This document shows positions 37,254 through 48,132 of a DNA stretch of 64,000 nucleotides, one piece after another. The position numbers and the translations under genes were made by a program. Numbering within the stretch: the stretch's first letter is position 1; the number at the start of each line of letters is the position of its first letter. Source of the stretch: Deltaproteobacteria bacterium. Lineage in GTDB: Bacteria > Desulfobacterota > Desulfomonilia > UBA1062. Where the stretch lies: NCBI GenBank assembly GCA_018434685.1, contig JAHDOV010000004.1:249857-313856 (forward strand). The letters run 5' to 3'. The notes under the pieces are model-generated. The model was not told the DNA's origin. It was given only the letters and a program-made list of their open reading frames with translations, and ran no database searches.

Positions 37254-39323
37254 TTATAGCTTTGCCGTAGCCTTTATGAAGAATGTTCTCCCGGTGCTCT
37301 CATCATAGCTTTCCCAGTAGGTTTTATCAAATGCATTGTAGATCGCGCCGGTTATCTCAAAGTGCTCTGACCGGTACCCGAGATTGAAATCGATGACGGA
37401 ATACGGATCGTAACCGTCCATACGGTAGTCGTAGATATCGCTGTTGTCATCGTTCATGTACCGGTCTCCAACATAGCGCAGCGTGAGGTTGGAGAATACC
37501 GTGCCGTCGTCGTAGTCAAGGCCGATATTGAAGGCATTCTTGGGTATATCGGTGAATTCTTTCCCCTCGATCTGTTCGGCCAGGACAGGATTGTCGACAT
37601 CGCTGATTCTCGTGTAGGTCTTGGTGAAATTGAAGAAGAGGCCGAGATCGTTGGTGATGGTGAGATCAACCGTGGCCTCATAGCCTCTGGTCCATGCCTC
37701 GGCAACATTCTCATACCGGTAATCATTGTTGCCGTCACCGTCGAGGTCCGCAGTATCAACCTGGTAAATCAAGTCGTTGAAGTTGTTTGTGAAGTAGGTG
37801 AAGCCGACCTTGACAACAGGAGAAAGTTTCCTGTCGAGACCCAGCTCATAGGATCTTGTCGTTTCGGGGTTGAGATCCGGGTTTGGCAGAGAAGTGCCGC
37901 GGCGCCCCCGGGAATACTTGAATGCCTCCCACAGGGTCGGGCCCCTGAAGGCATCACCAGCAGATGCCCTGAATGTGGTATTGGCGTCCGGTCTGTACAC
38001 CAGGGAAATCTTCGGCGAGACATAGGTCTCGGAGGAGCTTGGCGTGTCTATGGGGAAACCCAGGTCTGCGCTGTTTGTTTCTGCATTGAAGGACTTCCAG
38101 GAATCATAGCGGGCGCCGGCGTAGAGGGTGATGGTATCGGTGGCATCGAACTGATCCTGAAGGTAGAAGCCGATGGTCCTTGTGCTCCCTTTTGTCATCT
38201 GGTCGTCGTCGGGCTCCGGGGTGCTTCCCTCGTCCACCGATGATACGCGGCCCTGGGTCCAGTCCGTTCCGAGTGTGAGGATGTTTTTGTTCAGGGTGAT
38301 GTTGGTCTGCAGGCCGGCGTTATAGTGAGAGTTCGGACGTACAGAGTCTCCGGAGTTGTTGTTCCAGATGAAGAGGTCCTTGTAATTGTCTGTCAGGCCT
38401 GCATTGAAAAGAATTTCGAGATTTTCGATATCGGCATTGTAGTAGGAGAGCAGATAGTTGTTCGTGGCATGCTCCCGGTATGAAGCAGAGAGGTAGGCGC
38501 CGTCGAATGTCTGTGTTGCCTCGGGATCAAGCTTGTAGGTGGCATGGGTGTACTTGAGGTTCAGGTAGGACTCTGCGCTCATGTCCCAGGAGATCCCCGC
38601 GGTCAGTGCGTTGCTGCTCGATTCGAGGCGCTGATACCCCTGAATATAGGTGACCCCGCCATCGGCCGTGGGGACCTCGACGGTATTGGTGCCGGGCCGC
38701 GAGGTGGTGCTTGTCTCTTCGGGATCATCCATCTTCATGGACCGTGCCACGATGCTGTAGGTGAGATCGCCGAAACTCCCGCCGTGGCCGATGGAGGCGG
38801 TTTCGGTCTTGTAGCTTCCCCTGCCGTACGACACCTCGAGCGGGGAGTGATCGGTCTTGGTGATGATATTGATAACACCGCCCATGGCCCCGCCGCCATA
38901 GAGTGAAGACGTAGGTCCGCGGACCACCTCGATGCGGTCGATGTTCTCAACAGGGATGCTCCACCAGTGGATATTGCCTTCGTAATTGTTCATCGCCTGT
39001 CCATCCAGCAGGACGAGGGTCTGTGAGGCATTGGGCATTCCGCGCAGGTGGATCGGGGCAAAGGAATCGGACAGTCCGAGAACGCCGTCACGTCTCTCGC
39101 TGTAGACGCCGGGAAGATTTCGCAGCGCCTCGTCTGCAAACCGGGCATTGGTCTTTTTAATGGTCTCGCTCGTGACGACATCCACGGTTGCCGGTGATTC
39201 CTCGATGTTCTGCTGGGTCTTTGTGGCGGTTATCACCACCTCCTGCAGTTGCTGTTGTTCTGCAAGAGCAGCGCTGCCCATGAATAATGACGCAAGTAAC
39301 AACGTGATGCATAAACGATTCAT
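37254..39323 (-). CDS. TonB-dependent outer-membrane receptor
   Basis: Signal peptide, EVVITAT TonB box, RIEVVRGPxSSLYG..GGVINIIT plug, NPDLNPE. Confidence 0.95.
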   Translation of the reverse strand: MNRLCITLLLASLFMGSAALAEQQQLQEVVITATKTQQNIEESPATVDVVTSETIKKTNARFADEALRNLPGVYSERRDGVLGLSDSFAPIHLRGMPNASQTLVLLDGQAMNNYEGNIHWWSIPVENIDRIEVVRGPTSSLYGGGAMGGVINIITKTDHSPLEVSYGRGSYKTETASIGHGGSFGDLTYSIVARSMKMDDPEETSTTSRPGTNTVEVPTADGGVTYIQGYQRLESSSNALTAGISWDMSAESYLNLKYTHATYKLDPEATQTFDGAYLSASYREHATNNYLLSYYNADIENLEILFNAGLTDNYKDLFIWNNNSGDSVRPNSHYNAGLQTNITLNKNILTLGTDWTQGRVSSVDEGSTPEPDDDQMTKGSTRTIGFYLQDQFDATDTITLYAGARYDSWKSFNAETNSADLGFPIDTPSSSETYVSPKISLVYRPDANTTFRASAGDAFRGPTLWEAFKYSRGRRGTSLPNPDLNPETTRSYELGLDRKLSPVVKVGFTYFTNNFNDLIYQVDTADLDGDGNNDYRYENVAEAWTRGYEATVDLTITNDLGLFFNFTKTYTRISDVDNPVLAEQIEGKEFTDIPKNAFNIGLDYDDGTVFSNLTLRYVGDRYMNDDNSDIYDYRMDGYDPYSVIDFNLGYRSEHFEITGAIYNAFDKTYWESYDESTGRTFFIKATAKL

Positions 39324-39968
39324 GGTGATTCCTCCTGTTGGTATAATATTGTATCTCTATAAACATAATAAGGACTGGTCCTGTCAACCTGAAAATCAAT
39401 TATTTGGGGAGGATGTCTCCAGCAGAGGGGAAGGGAGGCAATCACAGCTCAATAGAGAAGACAAGGAGGTGTTCTGCATCTTGCTGTAATTGCCCTCCCG
39501 AATACGGAGGCTCTAGTTTCATCGAGTCCTCTTGGTACCGTGATTAATATGCAACAAATAACATAACAATAATATCCGGTCAATACTAAAATGCACAGAC
39601 AAGAGAATAAATGGGTTCATGGATTGTTGCTTGCGGGAATAATGCATATGGTGTCACGGATGTGCCCCGACCAAGACCACAAAAGTTGATTGATTTTAAG
39701 AAAGTAAAGATGGATCAGCGCTGTAGTTCATCAGGATCAGGGGAGGATCTGCCTGCGATGGGGGATGTTTTTCCGGGAGACGGATTTTTTCCGCGCCGGG
39801 CATGGAGGATGAGCTTTGAGGAAAAAATATCTGACCAGGGTGCGGCGACATGCGGGTGCCTGACCGGCAGGAGCTTTTCTTGATGATCTCATGACAAGAG
39901 AAAGAGGGGGGGGTGTATTATGCAAACAATAACATATAATTAAAATGAATGATGGCTCAGTTTTTTTG

Positions 39969-39997
39969 TTGTGCTCTTGCTTCTGTTAGGTTAAAAT
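39969..39997 (+). promoter_or_regulatory. Possible sigma70 promoter of the fdh operon
   Basis: TTGTGC-17 bp-TAAAAT. Confidence 0.4.
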
Positions 39998-40035
39998 GGT
40001 AGACACGTTAAAAATTATATAACAGGGGGGGCTTT

Positions 40036-43000
40036 ATGAATATAAGTAGGAGGGGTTTCCTGAAGCTTTCAGGTGGGACCCTTGCCGCTGCGGGCATTGG
40101 CGCGAGTGTCGGTGTAAGGACTGCATCGGCACAGCCTCTGAAAGTGCGCTACGCCAAAGAGGTGCCCACAATCTGTCCTTACTGTGCGGTCGGATGCGGA
40201 ATCATCGCCCATGTAAGCAATGGTAAAGTCATCAACACCGAAGGCGATCCGAACCATCCTGTCAACAGGGGATCGTTGTGTTCCAAGGGCAGCGCGCTCT
40301 ACCAGATACCCAACAACGACAAGAGGCTGGACAAGGTGCTTTACCGGGCCCCTGGTGCTGATTCCTGGACACAGGTGAGCTGGGATTGGGCTCTGGACAA
40401 GATCGCCCGCAATGTGAAGACCGCCAGGGACAAGGGATTTGTGAAGACCAACAGCAAGGGCGAGGTCGTCAACCGGGTTGAAAATATCGCGTCGCTCGGC
40501 GGGGCAGGTCTCGACAACGAAGAGGTATACTCCCTGGTGAAATTCAAAAGGGCCCTCGGCCTGGTCTATATAGAGCACCAGGCGCGGATTTGACACAGCT
40601 CCACCGTCGCCGGTCTGGCGAACTCATTCGGACGTGGGGCAATGACAAATCACTGGATAGATATTCAGTATGCCGATGTCATCATGGTCATCGGGTCCAA
40701 TGCCGCAGAGAATCACCCGATCTCCTTCAAGTGGGTCAATGAGGCGAGAAACAAGAGAGGGGCGAAACTCATCAGTGTTGATCCCCGGTTTACCCGGACA
40801 TCAGCAACGGCAGACTACTACGCACGTCTGCGATCGGGCTCCGACATAGCCTTTATCGGGGGCATGATCCATTATGCGCTCGAAAACAACAGGATACAGA
40901 AGGACTATGTGGTTAATTATACCAATGCCGCATTCCTGCTGGACCCTGGGTTCAAGGGGCCTGCCGATCTGGATGGCGTCTACTCGGGACTCACCAATGG
41001 CAAGTATGACAAGTCCACCTGGAGTTACCAGATGGATGAGAACGGCAATCCCCGGAAAGACCCGACGCTGACGGATCCCAACTGCGTCTTCCAACAGATG
41101 AAGAAGCACTATGAGCGCTACGATATGAAGACGGTCTGCAAGGTTACCGGAGGAGATGCCAAGGAGTATGAAGAGATATTCGATCTCTACACCTCTACCT
41201 GCAAACCCGAAAAATCTGCTACCATCATGTATGCAATGGGTGCTACGCAGCACACATACGGATCCCAGAACGTGAGGGCCTATGCGGTACTGCAGCTCCT
41301 TCTCGGGAACATCGGCGTTGCCGGCGGCGGGATCAACGCACTGCGCGGCGAGAGCAACGTGCAGGGTTCGACAGACCATGCAGCCCTGTTCCATATCCTG
41401 CCCGGCTACCTCCAGACCCCGAAGGCATCCCAGCAGACCTATGAAAGGTATCTCACGGAGAGCACTCCGGTCACTAACGACCCCATGAGTGCAAACTGGT
41501 GGAGCAACTATCCCAAGTATGCGGCCAGCCTGCTCAAGGCATTCTGGAGAGAAGAGGATCTGGAGACGGCATACAGCTACCTCGGCAAGATCGAAAACGG
41601 CAAGAACTACTCCACCATCCCCATCATCGAACAGATGGCAGGCGGCAAGATCAAGGGGCTGTTCTGCTGGGGCCAGAATCCGGCCGTGGGCTGTCCGAGT
41701 TCCCGTCTTGTGAGAAGGGCCCTTGCCAAGCTGGACTGGCTGGTGGCAGTGGACCTGTGGGAGACCGAGACGGCAGCGTTCTGGCAGAAGGAAGCTGGCG
41801 TGGACCCCGCATACATCAATACAGAGGTGTTCCTCCTTCCGGCAGCTGCATCCATGGAAAAGGAAGGTTCCATATCCAACTCGGGCAGATGGGCGCAGTG
41901 GAGGTGGAAGGCCACCAATCCACCGGGCGATGCGCGAGACGACCTCTACATCATGACCGAGCTCTTCTTCAAGGTTCGGGAACTCTACGAGAAGGAAGGC
42001 GGGGCATTCCCGGAACCGATTCGCTCTCTGAGCTGGGAGTATGCAACCGCAGGTATGGACGGACATGCCCACCACCCGAACCCACGTGAGGTTGCCAAGG
42101 AGATCAACGGATTCTTCCTGAAAGACACGGAAATCAAGGGCACGGTATACAAGGCAGGACAGATGGTGCCGAGCTTTGCATTCCTGCAGGATGACGGATC
42201 AACGTGCAGCGGGAACTGGCTCTACTGTAACTCCGTCTCGGACACTGAGAACCGGATGATGCGCCGCGACACCTCCGACCCAACCGGTCTTGGCTTCTAC
42301 CATAATTGGTCGTGGTGCTGGCCGGTGAACAGGCGGGTCATTTATAACCGTGCGAGCGTTGACATGCAGGGAAGACCCTGGGCGAAAGACAAACCCGTTA
42401 TCTGGTGGGATGCCCTCAAAAAGACCTGGTTGGGTGATGTTCCCGACGGCGGATGGGCACCGGGCAGCAAATATGCATTCATCATGCTGCCTCACGGACA
42501 CGCGCGGCTCTTTGCACCGGGTATGGCCGACGGCCCGTTCCCGGAGCACTATGAACCGCTGGAGTCCCAGGTGAGGAATCTCCTTTCCGATCAGCAGGAG
42601 TCACCGGTGATCTTCCGCTGGGACAAGGCGGTCAAGGAGCAGGTGTGCGATCCCATGCTCGTAGAGGGTGCTGCAGCCTGTGTGTATGGCAGTCCTGACA
42701 AGGACAAGTTCCCTATCGTCTGCACCACCTATCGGGTAACCGAGCACTGGCAGGCCGGACAGATGACCAGATGGCTGCCCTGGCTCGGCGAACTCGTACC
42801 GAACATGTTTATCGAGTTGAGCGAGGAGCTGGCGAAAGAGAAAGGCATCCGCAACGGGGCCAAGGTGAGGATTACCTCGATCAGGAACCTGGAGGGTATC
42901 GTGGCATACGCCATGGTTACCAAGAGATTCAAACCCTTTGAGGTGGATGGGAAGGTGCTTCATCAGATTGGCATGCTGTGGCACTTCGGATATAAAGGGA

Positions 43001-43110
43001 GGGTGACCGGAAGCATTGCGAACGACCTCACACCGCTTATCGGAGATGCAAACACCATGATCCCTGAGTACAAGGCATTCCTGGTAGATGTAAACAGGGA
43101 GGAGGTGTAA
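40036..43110 (+). CDS. fdnG: Formate dehydrogenase alpha subunit, selenocysteine-containing (UGA 40591-40593), Tat-exported
   Basis: ORFs 40036..40593 and 40642..43110 are in frame: HQARI-U-HSSTVAGLANSFGRGAMTNHW. SRRGFLK Tat motif, CPYCAVGC, LRGESNVQG. Confidence 0.95.
40594..40625 (+). promoter_or_regulatory. Bacterial SECIS element
   Basis: TCGCC-GGTCT-GGCGA hairpin (40607-40621), with loop GU at +23/+24 from the UGA as in E. coli fdhF. Confidence 0.85.
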
Positions 43111-43113
43111 GTC

Positions 43114-43905
43114 ATGGCTGAATATATCAAGCTCATTGATCTGACAAAGTGTACCGGCTGCCGGGCATGCCAGGTGGCCTGCAAACAGTGGAACGAGCTT
43201 CCTGCAGAGAATACAGGGTTTACCGGTTCACTCCAGAACCCTGCGGATCTGTCGTATGACACCTGGACGCTCATCAGGTATGACGAATTTGAGAAGGGCT
43301 CGGGTGTGAACTGGATCATGCGCCACGATGCATGTATGCACTGCGACTGGCCCGCATGCGTCAAGGCGTGTCCATCGCCCGGCGCACTGGTAAAAACCGA
43401 TACGGGCGCCGTGGTTCACGATTCGAAATTCTGTATCGGCTGCAAGGCCTGTATCGTCGCCTGTCCGTTCGATATCCCGAGATATTCGAAAAAGGAAGAG
43501 AACATCGCAAAATGCACGCTCTGCTACAACAGGATCATTGACGGAAAGGCCCCTGCCTGTGTGACCGCATGTCCCACCGGGACACTGCAGTTCGGACCCA
43601 AGGCCGACATGCTGGCGAAGGCCCATGCACAGGCAAAGGCGGTCGGCGGAACCGTGTACCCCAGCAACCCCAACTATGAGACCCATGTGCTCTACATCAT
43701 GCCGGCAGAGGTCAAGCTCGCCGCACTCCAGCACGTAAACCCGGACCCGAAGATGCCGACCACCATCCTGTGGTGGAAGAACCTGTTCAAGCCCTTTACC
43801 CTTATCGGTATGGGCGGTGTAGCCGGCATGGCTGCACTGCACTACTTTATCAAGGGACCGCACAAGGTTGAAGAAAAAGAAGAAGGGGGTGAGGCAGATG
43901 GCTAG
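43114..43905 (+). CDS. fdnH: Formate dehydrogenase iron-sulfur (beta) subunit
   Basis: Four 4Fe-4S Cys groups and a C-terminal TM helix. Confidence 0.92.
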   Translation: MAEYIKLIDLTKCTGCRACQVACKQWNELPAENTGFTGSLQNPADLSYDTWTLIRYDEFEKGSGVNWIMRHDACMHCDWPACVKACPSPGALVKTDTGAVVHDSKFCIGCKACIVACPFDIPRYSKKEENIAKCTLCYNRIIDGKAPACVTACPTGTLQFGPKADMLAKAHAQAKAVGGTVYPSNPNYETHVLYIMPAEVKLAALQHVNPDPKMPTTILWWKNLFKPFTLIGMGGVAGMAALHYFIKGPHKVEEKEEGGEADG

Positions 43906-44533
43906 TACTAAGGAGAAAATGGTGTATGTCACCACCGCCGAAGAGCGGATCATTCACTGGCTGCTGGCAGGGAGCTGTCTGTTTGCCCTGCTCTCCGGCC
44001 TGGGCCTGATGTTCCACTCGTGGGAGATCATCCCGACGCTGCTGGGCGGCTACTATGCAACGAAATGGATGCATATCTTCGCCGGCGTCGTGTTTGCCTT
44101 TTCACTCGTTGCGGCGAGTATCATGTGGTGGGATCACTGCAAGTTTGTTGCCGATGATGCAAAGTGGGTGGCACAGGCAGGAGGCTATCTCTGGGAGGCA
44201 CACGACCTGCCGCCGTGCGGCATGTACAATGCCGGCCAGAAGCTCTTCTTCTGGTTCGTATTCGTGTTCGGGATCATCATCGTGCTCTCGGGTCTCGTGA
44301 TGTTCAACCCGCTTCCCTACAATGTCACCCTTGCCCGGTGGGCATATATGCTCCATGTGATGAGCGTGGTGGTGATCGGTTCATTTTTCGTAATCCACCT
44401 CTATCTCGGTACCGTCGGGAACCCCGGAACCGTCCAGATCATGTTCCATGGGTGGGCGACGAGGGCTTACTGCGAGTTTCACAAGGGGAAATGGCTGGCC
44501 GAGCGGGAAGCCAAAGGCGAAAAAGCCGAATAA
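43898..44533 (+). CDS. fdnI: Formate dehydrogenase cytochrome b (gamma) subunit
   Basis: ERxxHW, YNAGQK, four TM helices with His ligands. Confidence 0.92.
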   Translation: MASTKEKMVYVTTAEERIIHWLLAGSCLFALLSGLGLMFHSWEIIPTLLGGYYATKWMHIFAGVVFAFSLVAASIMWWDHCKFVADDAKWVAQAGGYLWEAHDLPPCGMYNAGQKLFFWFVFVFGIIIVLSGLVMFNPLPYNVTLARWAYMLHVMSVVVIGSFFVIHLYLGTVGNPGTVQIMFHGWATRAYCEFHKGKWLAEREAKGEKAE

Positions 44534-44548
44534 ACATGAAACATTAAA

Positions 44549-44578
44549 AAAGCCAGGGGACATTCGTCCCCTGGCTTT
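44549..44578. terminator. Bidirectional intrinsic terminator
   Basis: AAAGCCAGGGGAC-ATTC-GTCCCCTGGCTTT between convergent genes. Confidence 0.85.
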
Positions 44579-44687
44579 ACGTTCCCGAGTAATTTTCCTA
44601 ACAGATTTTCTACTGCCGCGATTCAGGAATACAATGATATGTCAATGGGTATCCGTTATGCGCACATGAACAGCAATTTGTATTTTA

Positions 44688-45788
44688 TTAGGTAAAGACA
44701 CAGTCACCATCTCCATCCTGAATAATAATTTCGTTAAAATCTACCTCCTTAAATTTATTGGAGAAGTGATATAATTTGACTCGGTTTATTTTGTACAGAA
44801 AGGGTAATCTAATTTTATTGAGATTATTTATGACATCTCTATTGTAAGTCTTAAATATATCGATATTCATTTCACATATCAAAAAGCCTATGAGATAGAG
44901 GATAGGGGTCAATGCACTGGGATCACAATACAGGTACGGAATAGTCATGATGTTGTTTTTCACCTTGAGCATAACAAACCCAGTCATCGTATCGTTTATG
45001 TCATATACCTTTATATTGAGATAGAGAAACCTCTTGGAGACAGAGGAGAAAAAATATTTTTGGACAGTCTTGTCTGCGACAGGAGATGAGATGATCCACG
45101 GGTATTTGATTATCCAATTGAGGTTTTTTGCGTTCCTTGTTGATAATTCATTTCGTCTATGGTCTCTTATAAATTGATCTGTCTGTTCATCCAACTCCGC
45201 TATGAATTCTATAGAAGCTGGTTTGTAAGAGGCGTTTTTCTGTCTCCAAAAAAACAGACGAAGATCACCAAACACATTGACCAGCCGATCTACACACTTG
45301 AGCACAGGGCTCAGCCAGCTGAGCTTCGGGAATTTTTTTAGGATGAAATACTTGCTGCAACAACGCGCGATAAATTCTATTCCCTCGACTTTTCTCAATG
45401 TGGAGATCTTGTTCGATGCCTGATATACATTTTCAGCATCATCTGTGGCGCCCGATGTCGCGAGAGTATGGTGATTTAATACCGTTAGTAATAAGAAACC
45501 GCCTGTCCCGGCAAATCGATGATTTGGGTCAACCCACCAGGTAGTTGCCCACGCTATCTTATGTTCAACGTTGTTGAGATGAATCTTGTCAGGTAATACG
45601 CCGATATAACCGATTATACTATCCTCATGGTGCGCGACAAATAAAACGATATCATTCCCATCAGCATTTGGATTGTTGATGTACGAGATCACTCGCTGCT
45701 TTGTGATGGGGAAGATGTTTTTACTCCACAATGTGCCTTGCTGGAGTTCCTTTTTCAGGTCATTGATCGTGTATTTTACAATCTTCAT
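44688..45788 (-). CDS. GNAT-fold acyltransferase-like protein
   Basis: IGYIG..WWVDPNHRxxGxGxxL acyl-CoA-binding-like motif. Paralogue of 50022..51122. Confidence 0.7.
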   Translation of the reverse strand: MKIVKYTINDLKKELQQGTLWSKNIFPITKQRVISYINNPNADGNDIVLFVAHHEDSIIGYIGVLPDKIHLNNVEHKIAWATTWWVDPNHRFAGTGGFLLLTVLNHHTLATSGATDDAENVYQASNKISTLRKVEGIEFIARCCSKYFILKKFPKLSWLSPVLKCVDRLVNVFGDLRLFFWRQKNASYKPASIEFIAELDEQTDQFIRDHRRNELSTRNAKNLNWIIKYPWIISSPVADKTVQKYFFSSVSKRFLYLNIKVYDINDTMTGFVMLKVKNNIMTIPYLYCDPSALTPILYLIGFLICEMNIDIFKTYNRDVINNLNKIRLPFLYKINRVKLYHFSNKFKEVDFNEIIIQDGDGDCVFT

Positions 45789-45796
45789 GTCAGATT

Positions 45797-47620
45797 CTAA
45801 TCATTGAGCTGTTTGGGATTATTCATCAGGTCTCGTGTCCAGGTTACCCCCTTGAGTCCAGTATGTAAGACAAAAGAGAGGAGATCACTTTTTGAGATAT
45901 AATTGTCCCGAATCTCAGAAAGATAACGTCTGAGAAGAACATTCATTGAATCGATAGTTCTGTGACGGTAGATGTTACTCGAATAGTGATCAGCATATTC
46001 TATGGTTAACTCGGCCCTAGTCCCTGGGCCAATTTCTGCAATGACAGCGATATGATCGGCATTCTTCTCACAAGACATGATTTCTCCACCAACGATGTTG
46101 ATTGCCTGTATAGATGCAGGCTCCGGTTCTGTCTTCTTGATGTAGTATGTTTGTTTATTTTCCGAGTCATTGACGATGTGTAATGGATTCGCATACATTT
46201 TGACGTCGATATTGCCATCAGGCCTGCTCCTTATGAGGCAGGTCTGTTTTACAATGGCTTCGAGATTTTCCCACCGAATAGAGCTGTCAAGGGTTCGTAT
46301 CTCTCGAATAAAATCCTCGAGATTTTGATAACCATGCTTGAAATAAGTATGGTGCTCGACGATGAGTAACGATTTTCCAAAAAATAAATCAAAAGCGAAA
46401 TCCTCAATACTTGCCGGATATCTTCTTAAAAATAATGGAAATTGCGAGTAACGCATAACGATAGGTTCCATGCAGTCTGATAATTTTAACTGGATGTTGT
46501 TTTCCCAGGCTATGGCTTCTGTATTCACTGCAGCACAATAAGTATTGTATTTGAGCATTTTCATCGAGTTGTGGGAAAAAATCCCTCTGGGAAATATCAT
46601 CACCTTTTGATAGGGCACGCCTGTGGTTCTCTCATGTTCGTCCATCCGCTGGGTTGCAAGGGTGATCTTGTGGTTTAATTCACTGAGATCATTGATTGCG
46701 AATTCATTATGGGTATGCTGGGAGCCATGGACACATAGAGATAATCTATCCGGCCGTTCAAGAAAAAGGCGGGCTGTGTCCTGGTCGGTTTTTTTATAAT
46801 TGATGGGGATAAAGGCAATAGTTGCACGGATGTTATGCCGGTCCATTACCTCGAGCAGCGTCCGATAGTTCAAGAAGCCGTACTTTCTCTTGAGCAGAGG
46901 ATCATCGATGATTAAATTTGCATAGACCTTTTCGGTATGCCAGCATGTATCCCCGAAGACATATTTAAGAAACATTACTTCCGGTACCAGTTGCGAGAAA
47001 TAATCGCGTATTCTTTTTGGATTTTCGAGCTTCATGTCAATATCGACAATTTGATTATTTGCTACGTAAAAGACGTCACACCTGCATTTCTTGCATTTGA
47101 CAAAAAATGGATGATCGTCAATGGTAATGAGAGAGATCATATCTTCATGATCATAAATTGCATTAAAGGTAAAATCGTGTTCCCTGTGGATGGGCCCGAA
47201 CGAAAGACCATGAAAATGCCTGGTAATATAGATATTCTCATTGCTTATCGTGTAGTTTTGTGCGCTACGACTCAGAGGATATACGCTCCTGAGCTTTCCC
47301 CCGCTTAAAGAACTTATTGTCCGGGCAGCAGCATCATTCGGGCTAATATTATAGACAAGCACAGAGGCGTTTCTAGAAATGAAAAATTCTTTCAGCTCCT
47401 CGATGCCGCCGCTTACATGCACTCTGGAAAGGGCCTTACAGTTTATTACTGCACAGGCATCATCCGCTGCTGGTTGCTCTTGCAGGCGGTTCAGGGCATA
47501 GGCAGAATCATCCAGGAAAATGACCTGGGATTTCAATCCAAGAAAAGTAATAATCTTAAGTAGATTCAAGTCATTGCTGTCCAGTTCCTGCAAGCACAGC
47601 ATAGTAACTTGTGAGGGCAT
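45797..47620 (-). CDS. Large hypothetical protein with central polysaccharide deacetylase-like domain
   Basis: IIDDP, TIAFIP, VHGxxH and FPRG motifs. Confidence 0.55.
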   Translation of the reverse strand: MPSQVTMLCLQELDSNDLNLLKIITFLGLKSQVIFLDDSAYALNRLQEQPAADDACAVINCKALSRVHVSGGIEELKEFFISRNASVLVYNISPNDAAARTISSLSGGKLRSVYPLSRSAQNYTISNENIYITRHFHGLSFGPIHREHDFTFNAIYDHEDMISLITIDDHPFFVKCKKCRCDVFYVANNQIVDIDMKLENPKRIRDYFSQLVPEVMFLKYVFGDTCWHTEKVYANLIIDDPLLKRKYGFLNYRTLLEVMDRHNIRATIAFIPINYKKTDQDTARLFLERPDRLSLCVHGSQHTHNEFAINDLSELNHKITLATQRMDEHERTTGVPYQKVMIFPRGIFSHNSMKMLKYNTYCAAVNTEAIAWENNIQLKLSDCMEPIVMRYSQFPLFLRRYPASIEDFAFDLFFGKSLLIVEHHTYFKHGYQNLEDFIREIRTLDSSIRWENLEAIVKQTCLIRSRPDGNIDVKMYANPLHIVNDSENKQTYYIKKTEPEPASIQAINIVGGEIMSCEKNADHIAVIAEIGPGTRAELTIEYADHYSSNIYRHRTIDSMNVLLRRYLSEIRDNYISKSDLLSFVLHTGLKGVTWTRDLMNNPKQLND

Positions 47621-47640
47621 TATTTCTCCTCTCTCTTTTC

Positions 47641-48132
47641 TCAGGCTTTCAGAGGGATTAAACCATTTTTAAAGTCAGTATAGCTGGTATCCAGTGTGAG
47701 GGGGACAGTGACTCGTGCAATGGGTTTTGCAGGAACGCCACCCACTAATGTATAGGGAGGCACATCTCTGGTTACCACGCTACCAGCGGCGAGTGCGGCA
47801 CCCTCGCCTATGGTGACCGTTTGTCCACCGGCTGCCGCAATGATGCATCCAGAGCCGATCCACGCCTTGCTGCGTATGATAATCTTTCCCGGACCCCTCA
47901 GGTGGGCGACTAAAGTCACCCGCAGGGCAATCACCACGTCCTCCTGAATCTCGATACACTCGGGGTATTCGTTTTCTATATAGACTTCCTCGCCGATGAA
48001 GACCCTTCCCGATATCTTGACGCCACGCATGCGATGTAAGAAGGGACGTAAGGTAATTGTGCCAGGCGAAAATCTCGCAGCAAGATGGAGGACCCTGTTA
48101 ACCAGGCCACGTAGCAGAGTCTTGTTTTGCAT
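47641..48132 (-). CDS. Left-handed beta-helix acyltransferase
   Basis: Hexapeptide repeats, [16 protein letters not shown]. Confidence 0.9.
   Translation of the reverse strand: MQNKTLLRGLVNRVLHLAARFSPGTITLRPFLHRMRGVKISGRVFIGEEVYIENEYPECIEIQEDVVIALRVTLVAHLRGPGKIIIRSKAWIGSGCIIAAAGGQTVTIGEGAALAAGSVVTRDVPPYTLVGGVPAKPIARVTVPLTLDTSYTDFKNGLIPLKA

Noticed and set aside
39324-39600. Cobalamin riboswitch or Fur box upstream of the TonB receptor
   Set aside because: No GGGAA/GCCACTG B12-box elements on the minus strand and no convincing GATAATGAT dyad.
39880-39899. Rex-like operator upstream of fdh (TTGATGATCTCATGACAA)
   Set aside because: Too many mismatches to TTGTGAA-N4-TTCACAA.
40036-43110. FDH alpha subunit as a nonsense-disrupted pseudogene
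   Set aside because: The UGA is at the Sec position, in frame, with a SECIS.
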